NCBI GenBank assembly: GCA_041690135.1
Contig: JAWLHY010000011.1
Location: forward strand, 96,001-160,000
Direction: 5' to 3'
Length of the DNA: 64,000 nucleotides
Source of the DNA: Armatimonadota bacterium
GTDB lineage: Bacteria; Armatimonadota; SYMT01
A program made the translations under genes and the position numbers. Below, piece by piece: positions 37,925-48,887 of the stretch; position 1 is the stretch's first letter, and every line of letters starts with the position of its first letter. Under the pieces are notes generated by a model. That model was not told the DNA's origin and ran no database searches. It saw nothing but the letters and a program-made list of their open reading frames with translations.

Positions 37925-40900
37925 ATGCGGCGCAGCGGTATCCTGGTGGGAAGTCTGGCGATGGCCTGGTGTGCGCTGGCGGCGACGGCCGCGGTTCCCG
38001 GTTCGGGAAAAGCGCCCGGCGCCGGAGCGAAGGGGGGCGTCCCGAAGGCCGCAACTACTCCGGTCGCCGCGCCGGGAGCGGCGGGTGAACCTTCTCCCTC
38101 CCCCGAAGCGCTGGAGTTTTTCGAGAAGGAAGTCCGTCCCGTACTGGCCGAGAACTGCTACCTCTGCCACGGCGCGACCCTCCAGCAGGGCGGCCTTCGC
38201 CTCGACTCGCGAGCGGAGCTGCTGAAGAAGCTGAAGAGCGGCGCTCCCGCCGTGGTTGCGGGGCGCCCCGAAGAGAGTTCCCTGATCCGCGCGATCCGCC
38301 ACGACGGCAAGATCAAGATGCCGCCCCAGGGCAAGCTGCCGGAGCGGGCCGTCGCGGCGCTGACCCGTTGGGTGCGGATGGGAGCGCCGTGGCCGGAAGT
38401 CAGGGGTCGGGCCGGGTACCCGCGAGCGGGTGGCGGGGGTGGGGGTCGGGGGGAATTGTCAATTGACAATTCTCAATTGACAATTGTCAATTCCGGCCGC
38501 AATGGCCACTGGGCGTTTCGGCCGGTGCGGACGCCGGCGGTTCCGGCGGTGAAGAACCGGGAGTGGGTGAAGACGCCGGTGGATGCCTTCGTGCTCGCGA
38601 AGCTGGAGGCGCAGGGGATGGCCCCGAACCCGCCGGCGGACCGGCGGACGCTGATCCGGCGCGCCTACCTGGACCTGACCGGTCTGCCGCCCACCGCGGC
38701 GGAGGTGGAGGCGTTTGTGGCGGACCGCAGCCCCAACGCCTGGGAAAAGGTGGTCGATCGCCTGCTGACCTCACCCCATTACGGGGAGCGCTGGGGCCGC
38801 CACTGGCTGGACGTGGCGCGATTCGGGGAAACGAAGGGCTTCCTGGCGGGTGGCCAGGAGCGCCGGTTCCCGTACGCTTACACCTACCGTGATTACGTCG
38901 TCCGCGCCTTCAATGAGGACAAGCCGTACGACCGGTTCCTGCTGGAGCAGATCGCCGCGGATCAACTCGACCTGGGCGAGGACCGGGGAGCGCTCGCCGC
39001 GCTCGGATTCCTCACGGTCGGCAAGCGGTTCCAGGGCCGGATGGACGACATCATCGACGACCGGATCGATGTGGTCACGCGGGGCACGCAGGCCCTCACG
39101 GTGACCTGCGCCCGCTGTCACGACCACAAGTACGATCCAATCCCCACCGCGGATTATTACTCCCTCTACGGCGTCTTCGCCAGCTCGGTCGAGCCGAAAG
39201 AGCTGCCGGTGATCGCGCCTCCCGAGCGTGGCGCCACCTACCTCGCCTTCGAGAAGCAGTACCGCGCACTGCAGAAGGACGTGGATGATTTCCTCGCCGC
39301 AAAGCACGCGGAGTACATGGGGAAGATCCGGGAGTCGATGCCCGCCTACTTTCTGGCCGCGCACACCGCCGTGGCGAAAGGCACGGCGCTGCCGGCCCTC
39401 GCACGCCAGCGCGACCTGAGCGTTCCGGTACTGACCCGCTGGCGGGGTCATCTGCTGGAGACGCGCAGGAGCTTCGATGCCGTGATGGCTCCGTGGCACG
39501 CTTTTGCCGCGCTGCCCGACGCGGAGTTCGCGAGGAAGGCGCCGGAGCTGGCGGCCCGCTTCGCCGCGAACGCCGACCCGGCCCGGCGGATCAACCCGCT
39601 GGTGGCCGCCGCTTTCGCCGGAGCCCCGCCGGCCTCTCTCCAGGAACTGGCCGACCGCTACGGGCGCGTGTTGAAGACGATCGACGCCCGCTGGAAGGCG
39701 CTGCAGGCGCAGTCCAAATCCGGCGACGCGCCGCAGGAACTCCCGGAACCGGAAGCGGAGCAGCTCCGGCAGCTTCTCTATTCCGAGGAATCGCCGCTGC
39801 ATATTCCCCTCGCCGCGTTCGAACGGATGTTGGAACGGGACGACCGGAACCGCCTGCGGGCCCTGCGGAACAAGGTGGAGCGGTTCGCCATCAACTCGCC
39901 CGACGCCCCGCCGCGGGCGATGGTCCTGGAAGATGCGCCGGAGCCGGTCACTCCGCGGATCTTCGTCCGGGGCAACCCCGCCAGCCGCGGCGAAGAGGTG
40001 CCCCGCCAATACCTCGCCCTGCTCTGCGGCGCGGACCGCCAGCCGTTCCGCAAGGGCAGCGGGCGCCTGGAACTGGCCCAGGCCATCGCCAGCCCGGAGA
40101 ACCCGCTCACGGCGCGGGTGATGGTCAACCGCGTCTGGGGCTGGCATTTCGGCCAGGCCCTGGTCCGCACCCCCAGCGACTTCGGCCTCCGCAGCGCCCC
40201 ACCCTCGCATCCGGAATTGCTAGATTACCTGGCTTCTGTATTCTCCGGCACGGGTACGGTTACCGGAACGCAGGGAAGCAAGGGGGCAGGGAGCAAGGGG
40301 GAAGGGGCGCTTGTTGACCAGAACGAGTACGGTTTGGCGGAACGCAGAGGGGCAAGGGTGAAGGGAGCAGGGGCGCTCCAGACTTCGCGGACCGTAGCAA
40401 CTTCTGGTTCCCGGGGTTCGAGTTACGCAATACGCAATACGCAATACGCATCAGCCCCCAGCCCCCAGCCCCCAGCCCCCGGCCCCGCCGAAGGTTTGGG
40501 TTGGTCGATCAAGAGGCTCCACAAGCTCCTCATGCTCTCCAGCACCTACCAGATGAGCAGCGCGGAGAACCCGAAGCAGAGCGCGGTCGATCCGGAGAAC
40601 GTGCTGCTGTGGCGGATGAACCGGAGGCGCCTCGATTTCGAAGCGATGCGCGACTCCCTGCTGGCGGTGTCGGGCAAGCTGGACCGCACCCTGGGAGGGA
40701 CGTCGGTCGACCTGGAGAAGAGCTCTGCTTCAACCCGCCGCACGCTCTACAGCTTCATCGACCGGGACAACCTGCCCAACCTGTTCCGGACCTTCGACTT
40801 CTCCAATCCCGACCTGCACAGCCCGCAGCGGCACACGACCACGGTTCCGCAGCAGGCGCTGTTCCTGATGAACAGCCCGTTCGTGCTGGAGCAGGCGTCG

Positions 40901-41662
40901 CACCTGGCCCGCCGACCGGAGGTGGCCGGCGCGAAGAGCCCGGAGGAGCGGGTGCGGCAACTCCACCGCCTGGTGTACGGACGGGAAGCCTCGGCGGAAG
41001 AGGTGGCGCTGGGAGTGCAGTTCACGGCGGAAGAACCGAAGCCCGCGGCCGCGGCGGAGGCCCCCACGTTGTGGCGGTATGGCTACGGCGAGGTGGATGA
41101 GAGCGCCGGCCGGACCCGCACCTTCACGCCGCTGGCCCACTGGTCGGGAGAGCAGTGGCAGGCCGGGCCCGAGTTCCCGGACCCGAAGCTGGGGTTCATC
41201 CGGGTCACCTCGGTGGGCGTAGCGCCGGGACGGGATGCCGCGCACGCGACGATCCGGAGGTGGACGGCGCCGGTGGACGGGACCGTGTCGATCACCGGCA
41301 CCCTCTTCCACCGCAGCCCGAAGGGGGACGGAGTCCGAGCCCGCATCGTTTCCAGCCGCGCCGGGGTGCTCGGGACCTGGATCGTTCACAACGGACGCGA
41401 GGACGTCTCCGTGCGATCCGTCGCGGTGCGGAAGGGCGATACCCTCGATTTCGTGGTGGACTGCCGCGCGAACGGTAACTCGGATTTCGCGAACTGGACG
41501 CCGGAGATCCGCCTGGCGGGCGGCACGGGGCCGGCGCGAGAATGGTCGTCCGCGGCGGGCTTCCGGAGCCCGGCCGGCGGGACGACCGCCATCGCCGCGG
41601 ACGCCTGGACCGCCTACGCCCAGGTACTGCTGCTCTCCAACGAATTCAATTTTGTCGATTGA
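37925..41662 (+). CDS. PSCyt1 cytochrome c + PSCyt2 (DUF1549) + PSD1 (DUF1553) protein
   Basis: [83 protein letters not shown]. Confidence 0.92.
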   Translation: MRRSGILVGSLAMAWCALAATAAVPGSGKAPGAGAKGGVPKAATTPVAAPGAAGEPSPSPEALEFFEKEVRPVLAENCYLCHGATLQQGGLRLDSRAELLKKLKSGAPAVVAGRPEESSLIRAIRHDGKIKMPPQGKLPERAVAALTRWVRMGAPWPEVRGRAGYPRAGGGGGGRGELSIDNSQLTIVNSGRNGHWAFRPVRTPAVPAVKNREWVKTPVDAFVLAKLEAQGMAPNPPADRRTLIRRAYLDLTGLPPTAAEVEAFVADRSPNAWEKVVDRLLTSPHYGERWGRHWLDVARFGETKGFLAGGQERRFPYAYTYRDYVVRAFNEDKPYDRFLLEQIAADQLDLGEDRGALAALGFLTVGKRFQGRMDDIIDDRIDVVTRGTQALTVTCARCHDHKYDPIPTADYYSLYGVFASSVEPKELPVIAPPERGATYLAFEKQYRALQKDVDDFLAAKHAEYMGKIRESMPAYFLAAHTAVAKGTALPALARQRDLSVPVLTRWRGHLLETRRSFDAVMAPWHAFAALPDAEFARKAPELAARFAANADPARRINPLVAAAFAGAPPASLQELADRYGRVLKTIDARWKALQAQSKSGDAPQELPEPEAEQLRQLLYSEESPLHIPLAAFERMLERDDRNRLRALRNKVERFAINSPDAPPRAMVLEDAPEPVTPRIFVRGNPASRGEEVPRQYLALLCGADRQPFRKGSGRLELAQAIASPENPLTARVMVNRVWGWHFGQALVRTPSDFGLRSAPPSHPELLDYLASVFSGTGTVTGTQGSKGAGSKGEGALVDQNEYGLAERRGARVKGAGALQTSRTVATSGSRGSSYAIRNTQYASAPSPQPPAPGPAEGLGWSIKRLHKLLMLSSTYQMSSAENPKQSAVDPENVLLWRMNRRRLDFEAMRDSLLAVSGKLDRTLGGTSVDLEKSSASTRRTLYSFIDRDNLPNLFRTFDFSNPDLHSPQRHTTTVPQQALFLMNSPFVLEQASHLARRPEVAGAKSPEERVRQLHRLVYGREASAEEVALGVQFTAEEPKPAAAAEAPTLWRYGYGEVDESAGRTRTFTPLAHWSGEQWQAGPEFPDPKLGFIRVTSVGVAPGRDAAHATIRRWTAPVDGTVSITGTLFHRSPKGDGVRARIVSSRAGVLGTWIVHNGREDVSVRSVAVRKGDTLDFVVDCRANGNSDFANWTPEIRLAGGTGPAREWSSAAGFRSPAGGTTAIAADAWTAYAQVLLLSNEFNFVD
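40244..40498 (+). mobile_element. In-frame insertion element (255-bp segment) within PSD1 domain, copy 1
   Basis: Lies between [12 protein letters not shown] and GWSIK; contains two GTACGGTT..GAACGCAG units, ACGCAAT x3-4 and GCCCCCA x3. Confidence 0.7.
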
Positions 41663-41678
41663 GGAACCGGGAAAGAAG

Positions 41679-43118
41679 ATGGGACATCCCCCGTTGAAGA
41701 TCGAAGACCTGCCGCTGAGCCGCCGCGAGTTGCTGACCCGCTCCGGGATGGGGTTCGGCGCCCTGGCCCTGGCGGGGATGCTGGGCGAGGAGGCCGCCGC
41801 GGCCGGGCCGGCCGGCCCGCTGGCGCCGCGTCAGCCCCACTTTCCCGCGAAGGCCAAGCGGGTGATCCACCTGTTCATGAACGGGGGGCCGTCCCACGTC
41901 GACACCTTCGACCCCAAGCCGATGCTGGACCGGTATCACGGTCAGCCGCTGCCCTCGGAGAAGTTCCTCCGCACGGAGCGGAAGACGGGGGCGGCCTTCC
42001 GGTCGCCGTTTGCGTTCCGGAAGTACGGGAAGAGCGGCATCGAGGTCAGCGAGCTGTTCGCGAAGACCGCCGCGTGCATCGACGACATCTGCCTCATCCG
42101 GTCGATGCACGCGGACGTGCCGAACCACGAGCCGTCGCTCCTGCTGATGAACTGCGGCGACTCCCGGCAGACCCGGCCCAGCATGGGGTCGTGGATCACC
42201 TACGGGCTGGGCAGCGAGAACCAGAACCTGCCCGGCTTCATCGCCACCTGCCCCGGCGGCCTGCCGGTGTCAGAGTCGCAGAACTGGACCGCCGGGTTCC
42301 TGCCGGGCGCCTACCAGGGGACCTACATCGATACCGAGAACACCGATATCGAGAAGCTGATCGAGCACGTCCGCAACAACGCCTTCTCCCAGAAAACGCA
42401 GCGCCGGCAGCTCGACCTGCTCCGCCGGATCAACGAGCGGCACCAGGCCGAGCGCCGGGGCGACGGGCAGTTGGACGCGCGGATCCAGTCGTTCGAGCTG
42501 GCCTACCGGATGCAGATGGAGGCGAGCGACGCGTTCGACGTGAGTCGGGAGCCCGAGTACATCCGCGAGATGTACGGCCCCGGCACGCAGGCCCGCCAGA
42601 TCCTGATCGCGCGGCGCCTGCTGGAACGGGGCGTGCGGTACGTCCAGCTCTGGCACGGCAAGGGGCAACCGTGGGACAACCACGACGACCTGGAAGTGCG
42701 GCACCGCAAGCTGGCCGGCGAATGCGACCAGGCGATCGCGGCGCTCCTGAAGGACCTGAAACAGCGCGGCATGCTCGAAGACACGCTGGTCATCTGGGGC
42801 GGCGAGTTCGGGCGCACCCCCGTCGTGGAGCTGCCGACCGCGGGCGCCAACCGGGGCAAGATCAACGGGCGCGACCACAACCACTGGGGCTTCAGCATGT
42901 GGCTGGCCGGCGGCGGTGTGAAGGGCGGATACGTCCACGGCGCCACGGATGAATTCGGGTTCGCGGCGGTCGAGAAGAAGGTCCACGTCCACGACCTGCA
43001 CGCCACGCTGCTCCACCTGCTCGGCTTCGATCACGAAAAGCTCACCTACCGCTATGCCGGACGCGACTTCCGCCTCACCGACGTCCACGGGCACGTGGTG
43101 AAGGAGCTGATCGCCTGA
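41679..43118 (+). CDS. DUF1501 domain protein (Tat-like RR signal)
   Basis: SRRELL, KAKRVIHLFMNGGPSHVDTFDPKP, ARRLLERGVR, WDNH, WGGEFGRTP, GRDH. Confidence 0.92.
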   Translation: MGHPPLKIEDLPLSRRELLTRSGMGFGALALAGMLGEEAAAAGPAGPLAPRQPHFPAKAKRVIHLFMNGGPSHVDTFDPKPMLDRYHGQPLPSEKFLRTERKTGAAFRSPFAFRKYGKSGIEVSELFAKTAACIDDICLIRSMHADVPNHEPSLLLMNCGDSRQTRPSMGSWITYGLGSENQNLPGFIATCPGGLPVSESQNWTAGFLPGAYQGTYIDTENTDIEKLIEHVRNNAFSQKTQRRQLDLLRRINERHQAERRGDGQLDARIQSFELAYRMQMEASDAFDVSREPEYIREMYGPGTQARQILIARRLLERGVRYVQLWHGKGQPWDNHDDLEVRHRKLAGECDQAIAALLKDLKQRGMLEDTLVIWGGEFGRTPVVELPTAGANRGKINGRDHNHWGFSMWLAGGGVKGGYVHGATDEFGFAAVEKKVHVHDLHATLLHLLGFDHEKLTYRYAGRDFRLTDVHGHVVKELIA

Positions 43119-43714
43119 TCCGGTGGGGTGTGAGGCGTGAAGCTCGCATGCGGGAGTTTCGTTGCTCGTGCGCTACCGCAGGTAGTCGGCTTGAAGCAGC
43201 GCTCGCGCGGGGACGTGAAACGTAAAACGTAAAGGTTCGTGGCAAAAGCTGCGTTCGTGGAAACAGCCGGTTGATTCGAACCGGTGGTCTCGCTGCGCGA
43301 CGCCACCACCCAAAGGGTACCCGGGCACCCGGCGAAATCACAAGATGTCCCAGTAGCCGCTGTGCCTACCCGAAATGTAGGGGCGTGCCGCCGTGCCTGC
43401 CCTGTAATGGGACAGATAACCCTCCGCAAATGCGCAATGGCGCCAACGGCTGCAGGACCCGTAGCCCGGGCGCTGCGCGGGCTAACGCGAAATCGCGAAA
43501 AAACGAAAGACGCGAAATCTCGGAAGATGCTTTTCAGTCGAATGGATTAGACATTCCCAAGCGGGATGCCTCCGCAAGCTAGTGCGGACCATTGCGCGAA
43601 TGTCGTATTCCTTTAGTTTTCGGTTTCGCGAGCATCGTGGCTGCGCACTGCGATTCGCAGAGGCGCGTGTCTGTGGGACCGTGCTCCGTACACGTTGGGC
43701 CGTGGAGAAGAGCG

Positions 43715-46700
43715 ATGAGGCATTGGGATTTGCCAACCAGGAGACCTTCAACGCGCGCGGTGCTGGGCGCGGCGGTCGGCCTGGGGCTGGCGCTCCCGGC
43801 GCTGGCATTGGCGCAGGGGAAGCCCGCGGCCTCGTCGTTGGAAGCGGAGCGTCTCTTCGCCTCTCGCATCTGGCCGCTGATCTCGGAGAAGTGCCTTGCC
43901 TGCCACGGCGCGCCCGGCAAGAAGGTTTTGGGCGGCCTCGACCTGGGCACTCAAGCCGGAGCGCTGAAGGGCGGCGCGCGGGGGAAACCGTCGCTGGTGG
44001 CGGGTAAGCCGGAGGCCAGCCCCTTTTACCTGGCGGTGACCCGGAAGCACGAGCGTTGGCCGGCGATGCCTCCCAAGGAGAACGATCGTCTCACGCCCCA
44101 GCAGTTGGAGGAGGTCCGCCGGTGGATCGCCGCCGGGGCGCCCTGGCCGGATGCTGCTCGGCGGGTGGAGTTGCTGAAGGACGGGAAGTGGGACGCGGCG
44201 GATGGGGTGCCGGTCCGCACGAGCGGCGGGCTCTCTCCGGAGTGGACCGGCCGGCGGTACAAGCCCGAGGACCTCTGGGCCTATCGCCCCTTAAGGTTGC
44301 CGAAGGTGCCTTCGGGTGCCCGTGCGGGCCTCAACCCCGTCGATGCGTTCCTCGAGGACAAGCTCGCGCTGACCGGACTGCGCCCGGCGCCGCGGGCCGA
44401 CCGCCGCACCCTGATCCGGAGGGTGACCTTCGACCTCACCGGTCTGCCCCCCACTCCCGCCGAAGTGGAAGCGTTCGTGCGCGATCCGGCCCCGGAGGAC
44501 CAGGCCTGGGCGAAGGTCGTGGACCGGCTGCTGGCCTCCCCCCACTATGGAGAACGGTGGGCACGGCACTGGCTGGATGTGGTCCGCTACGCCGACTCCT
44601 CGGGCTTCGCGAACGACTACGAACGCGGCAATGCCTGGCGGTACCGCGACTATGTGGTCCGCAGCTTCAACCAGGATAAGCCCTACGACCGGTTCATCCG
44701 GGAGCAGATCGCCGGAGACGAGATCGACCCGCAGAACCCGGAACTGCTGGTGGCGACCGGCTTCCTACGCATGGGGCCGTGGGAGCTCACCGGGATGGAA
44801 GTGGCGAAGGTCGCGCGCCAGCGGTTCCTGGACGACGTCACGGACAGCGTCGGCCAGGTCTTCCTCGGCCACGCGCTCCAGTGCGCCCGCTGCCACGACC
44901 ATAAGTTCGACCCGGTGCCCACCCGCGACTACTACGGGATTCAAGCCGCCTTCGCCACGACCCAGCTCGCCGAACGGGAAGCGCCGTTCCTCGAGACCGA
45001 GAACACCACCGGGTTCGAAGAGCGGAAGTACCTGGAGCAGCGCCGCCAGGAGCACCTCGCGGCGCTGCGGCAACTGGACGAGCAATCGCTGGCGGCCGCG
45101 CCCGCCTGGTACCGCGAGCGGAAGCTGGATCCCGTTCTGTGGGAAAAGACGGTAGCCGAGCTGCGGGTCCGGGCCGGTGGCGCCGGCAATCGCACGCTGT
45201 TCGCGGAAGCCCGCTCCACACTGCAGCGCCAAAAGGTCCCCGAAGGCCAGATCCCGCCGCGCCACCTCGGCTTCGAGCCGCGCGACTTCGGCCTGGAGCG
45301 GATCGCCCGTAAGTGCCTGGAGCGCCTCCGCTGGGAGATGGAGCGGTACGAACCCTTTGCCCTCTCCGTTTACAGTGGGCACACACCGGATCTCCGCTCC
45401 GTCAACGCTCCCCTGCGCGTACCCCATGACCGGACGACCCGCGGAGAGTTGGAACAGGTCGCCATTCTGGCGGGTGGAGATCCCTTCTCCCCGACCGTCA
45501 AGGTCGTGCCGGGCGTCCTGAGCGCGCTGGCGTCGATGGCCGGCCACCCCGGCCAGCTCCCCACCGGAGTGGAAGGCCGCCGCCGCGCCCTCGCCGACTG
45601 GATCGCGAGCCCCCGCAACCCGCTCACCGCCCGCGTCATCGTCAACCGCGTCTGGTCCTGGCACTTCGGCCAGGCGATCGCCGGCAACCCCAACAACTTC
45701 GGCGCCACCGGCAAGAAACCGACCCACCCGGAGCTGCTGGATTACCTGGCCTTCCTGTTCACCAGTAAGGGTACGGTTCCCGAAATGCAAGGGAGCAGGG
45801 GGCAGGGAGCTGGGGAGATTGCTGACCAAGGTGGATACGGTTTGGCAGAGCGCCAGGGGGAGAGAGGGCCAGGCGTGGGGGAGAAGAGAGCCCTGGTAAC
45901 CGCAGGTACTTCTGATCCCCGGAGGTTCGGTTACGCAATACGCAATACGCAATACGCATCAGCCCCCAGTCCCCCGCCCCCGACCCCTGGCCCCGCCGAA
46001 GGCCTGGGTTGGTCGATCAAAGCGCTCCACCGCCTCATCCTCACCTCGGAGGCTTACCGGCGCTCGGCAGTCCATCCGGACCGGAAGGCGCTGGCTGCGA
46101 AGGACCCGCACGGGACGAGCTATGCCGTGTTCAAGACGCGGCGGCTGACGGCGGAAGAACTGCGGGACAGCATGCTGGCGGTCTCCGGCGAGTTGAACCG
46201 GCAATTGGGCGGAATTCCCGCGCGACCGGAGATCAACCTGGAGGCGGCGCTCCAGCCCCGGCAGGTGATGGGGACCTTTGCCGCCGCCTGGCAGCCTTCG
46301 CCCCGGCCGGAGCAGCGGCACCGGCGCTCCCTCTACGTCTTGAAGATCCGGGGGCTGCGCGACCCCTTCATGGAGGTCTTCAACGAGCCGAGTCCGGACC
46401 TCTCCTGCGAAGCGCGGGAGGCCTCCACGGTTACGCCGCAGGTTTTCAGTCTCTTCAACAGCCAGAGCACTTACGACCGCGCGCTGGCGTTCGCCGCCCG
46501 CCTGCGGAAAGAAGCGGCTTCCCCGGACGAGGTAGTCCGGAAGGCCTTCCTGCTTGCCTACGGCCGGGCGCCGAAGCCGGCGGAAGCAGCGGCGACCCGC
46601 GCCCATTGGCAGGCGATGACGGCGGGCCACCAGAACCTGAAGCTGGAGCCCGCGGTCTACCCGCGCGAGATCGAGCGGGAAGCCGTGGAAGAGAACACCG

Positions 46701-46849
46701 GGGAGAAGTTCCGCTTCACGGAGAAACTGCACGCCTACGCCGACTTCGTTCCCGACCTCCAGCCGCACCAGGTCGATGCCGAAATCCGCGGCCTGGCGGA
46801 AGTCTGCCTCGTGCTCTTCAATGCTAATGAATTCTCTTATGTGTACTGA
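43715..46849 (+). CDS. PSCyt1 + PSCyt2 + PSD1 domain protein
   Basis: [53 protein letters not shown]; ATG at 43715 after GGAG. Confidence 0.92.
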   Translation: MRHWDLPTRRPSTRAVLGAAVGLGLALPALALAQGKPAASSLEAERLFASRIWPLISEKCLACHGAPGKKVLGGLDLGTQAGALKGGARGKPSLVAGKPEASPFYLAVTRKHERWPAMPPKENDRLTPQQLEEVRRWIAAGAPWPDAARRVELLKDGKWDAADGVPVRTSGGLSPEWTGRRYKPEDLWAYRPLRLPKVPSGARAGLNPVDAFLEDKLALTGLRPAPRADRRTLIRRVTFDLTGLPPTPAEVEAFVRDPAPEDQAWAKVVDRLLASPHYGERWARHWLDVVRYADSSGFANDYERGNAWRYRDYVVRSFNQDKPYDRFIREQIAGDEIDPQNPELLVATGFLRMGPWELTGMEVAKVARQRFLDDVTDSVGQVFLGHALQCARCHDHKFDPVPTRDYYGIQAAFATTQLAEREAPFLETENTTGFEERKYLEQRRQEHLAALRQLDEQSLAAAPAWYRERKLDPVLWEKTVAELRVRAGGAGNRTLFAEARSTLQRQKVPEGQIPPRHLGFEPRDFGLERIARKCLERLRWEMERYEPFALSVYSGHTPDLRSVNAPLRVPHDRTTRGELEQVAILAGGDPFSPTVKVVPGVLSALASMAGHPGQLPTGVEGRRRALADWIASPRNPLTARVIVNRVWSWHFGQAIAGNPNNFGATGKKPTHPELLDYLAFLFTSKGTVPEMQGSRGQGAGEIADQGGYGLAERQGERGPGVGEKRALVTAGTSDPRRFGYAIRNTQYASAPSPPPPTPGPAEGLGWSIKALHRLILTSEAYRRSAVHPDRKALAAKDPHGTSYAVFKTRRLTAEELRDSMLAVSGELNRQLGGIPARPEINLEAALQPRQVMGTFAAAWQPSPRPEQRHRRSLYVLKIRGLRDPFMEVFNEPSPDLSCEAREASTVTPQVFSLFNSQSTYDRALAFAARLRKEAASPDEVVRKAFLLAYGRAPKPAEAAATRAHWQAMTAGHQNLKLEPAVYPREIEREAVEENTGEKFRFTEKLHAYADFVPDLQPHQVDAEIRGLAEVCLVLFNANEFSYVY
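45761..46006 (+). mobile_element. In-frame insertion element (246-bp segment) within PSD1 domain, copy 2
   Basis: Same site and homologous sequence as 40244-40498. Confidence 0.7.
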
Positions 46850-47032
46850 TGGTGGGTGCGGTATGGCGGGAGTGGATCAGGGTTGGAAAGTTGAAGGTTG
46901 GAAGGTTGAAGGTTTCGAACCCCTGTTGACCGTGAGCGGTACCGTTTGACGCGAGCGGGATCTGAGTTGGAAAGTTGAAGGTCAGTGGTCCGTAGGGAGT
47001 CAGGGCGGTCCATTTTTCGAAGGGAGCCGGTC

Positions 47033-47170
47033 CGTAGCCCCGGAGGGGCGGAAAGATAATAGCCGGGGGTGCGAGCCCCCGGTTCTGCCGCCGGTGCGCA
47101 AGAGCCCCGGCGCATGCGTCCGTAGGGAAGGGGCGGCAGAGTACCGCGCTGTGAGGAAAACTGAACCGCC
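47033..47170 (+). repeat. ~130-bp REP/REPIN-like element (copy 2)
   Basis: Homologous to 32558-32695. Confidence 0.8.
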
Positions 47171-47441
47171 CAGCGTAGGGAGCGGCTCCTGTTAAGCAGT
47201 ACCGGCTCTGTTCCCGCACCAGTAGATGTAGGTTTACGCCCCGCGGGGGTGGCAGGCTCTCCGATGCCTTCCTCGTTTTGGGCTCGCATTTATCGTGCCT
47301 TGTGGGACCCGGCTAGCCCTGGCGTATGTGAACCCACGGAGCAAATCACCCTCTTTTGATCGGTATGTCGGAGATTTGATCCCTTCTTCGGACGGCGGCA
47401 TTCGGGCGGCTGTGTAGCCGAGAGAAGGACGGGGCGAGAAG

Positions 47442-48887
47442 ATGAGCGATAGGAAACGGCGTTTCCCCTGTGTAGGCCGATGCGCAGGCCATGCACCGAC
47501 CCGCCGGGAGGTGCTCTTCTCCCTCGGAGCGGGGCTGGGCAGCGTGGCCCTGACCTCGCTGCTGGCGGAAGAGGCTCCGGCGGCGATACCGCAGGGGCCG
47601 CTGGCATCAAAGCCCGGACACCTGCCGTCGCGCGCGAAGCGGTGCATCTTCCTGATGATGGAGGGCGGTCCGTCCCACGTCGATACCTTCGACCCCAAGC
47701 CAGCCCTGGAGAAGCTCCACCTGCAGGAGTTCGTGCGGGGCGGCGAGGAAAAGTCGGCGATGGAGAGCGGGAAGCGCTACTACGTGCGGAGCCCCTTCGC
47801 CTTCCGGCAGGTAGGGCGGAGCGGCGCCTGGATGAGCGAGCCGTGGCGGCACCTGGCGCGCGTGGCGGACGAGCTCTGCTTCTATCGGGGCTGCCAGGTG
47901 GACTCCGTGAACCACCCAACCGCAATGTACCAGATGAACACCGGCAACCGCTTCGGCGGGGATCCGGCCCTCGGCTCGTGGGTCACTTACGGCCTGGGAA
48001 CGCTTAACCGGGACCTGCCCGGCTTTATCGTCCTGCCGGAGGTCTCCTATCCGCAGGGCGGGCCCGCCAACTGGGGCAATGGGTTCCTGCCCGCCCACTT
48101 CCAGGGAACGCCGCTCCGGCCGAAGGGCTCGCCCATTCTCGACCTCGCCCCACCCAAGGGCGTGACTCCCGAGCACCAGCGGGCCAACCTCGATTTCCTT
48201 CGCACCCTGAACCGCGAGCACATGGCCGCGCATCCGGACCACGACGAGCTGGCGGCGCGGATGGATAACTACGAGTTGGCGTTCCGGATGCAGGCCCAGG
48301 TCCCCGGCCTCCTCGACCTGGAACAGGAGACCGTCCGCACGCAGGAAATGTACGGCATCGGCAGCGAACCGACCGATGCGTTCGGTCGCAAGTGCCTGCT
48401 GGCGCGGCGGCTGGTGGAGCGCGGCGTGCGGTTCGTGCAGCTTTACGCCGGCACCTGGGACAGTCATGACTACATCGAACGTGCGCACGGCAACCTGATC
48501 CGCACGGTTGACCGGCCCATTGCGGCGCTGATCGCCGACCTGAAACAGCGCGGCATGCTGGAGGATACTCTGGTAGTGTGGGGCGGTGAGTTCGGCCGGT
48601 CGCCGGACAACGGCGTGCGCGGCGGCACCGCCTACGGCCGCGACCACAACCCCCGGGCCATGACGCTCTGGTTCGCGGGCGGCGGAGTGAAGGCGGGCCA
48701 CACGGTCGGCGCCACGGACGAAACCGGAGATAGCGCCGTGGAGTGCGTGCATCACGTCCGCGACCTCCACGTAACGCTCCTGCGGCTGCTGGGGCTGGAC
48801 GACAATAAGCTTACCTATTACCACGGCGGGCGGTTCAAACAGCTCAGCCAGTTCGGAGGCGAGGTGATCCAGGAGTTGCTGGCATGA
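47442..48887 (+). CDS. DUF1501 domain protein
   Basis: TRREVL, GGPSHVDTFDPKP, ARRLVERGVRFVQ, WDSH, GEFGR, GRDHNP. Confidence 0.92.
   Translation: MSDRKRRFPCVGRCAGHAPTRREVLFSLGAGLGSVALTSLLAEEAPAAIPQGPLASKPGHLPSRAKRCIFLMMEGGPSHVDTFDPKPALEKLHLQEFVRGGEEKSAMESGKRYYVRSPFAFRQVGRSGAWMSEPWRHLARVADELCFYRGCQVDSVNHPTAMYQMNTGNRFGGDPALGSWVTYGLGTLNRDLPGFIVLPEVSYPQGGPANWGNGFLPAHFQGTPLRPKGSPILDLAPPKGVTPEHQRANLDFLRTLNREHMAAHPDHDELAARMDNYELAFRMQAQVPGLLDLEQETVRTQEMYGIGSEPTDAFGRKCLLARRLVERGVRFVQLYAGTWDSHDYIERAHGNLIRTVDRPIAALIADLKQRGMLEDTLVVWGGEFGRSPDNGVRGGTAYGRDHNPRAMTLWFAGGGVKAGHTVGATDETGDSAVECVHHVRDLHVTLLRLLGLDDNKLTYYHGGRFKQLSQFGGEVIQELLA

Noticed and set aside
41235-41678. Extended start of the DUF1501 ORF
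   Set aside because: It overlaps the PSD1 gene; ATG 41679 gives a normal RR-signal N-terminus.
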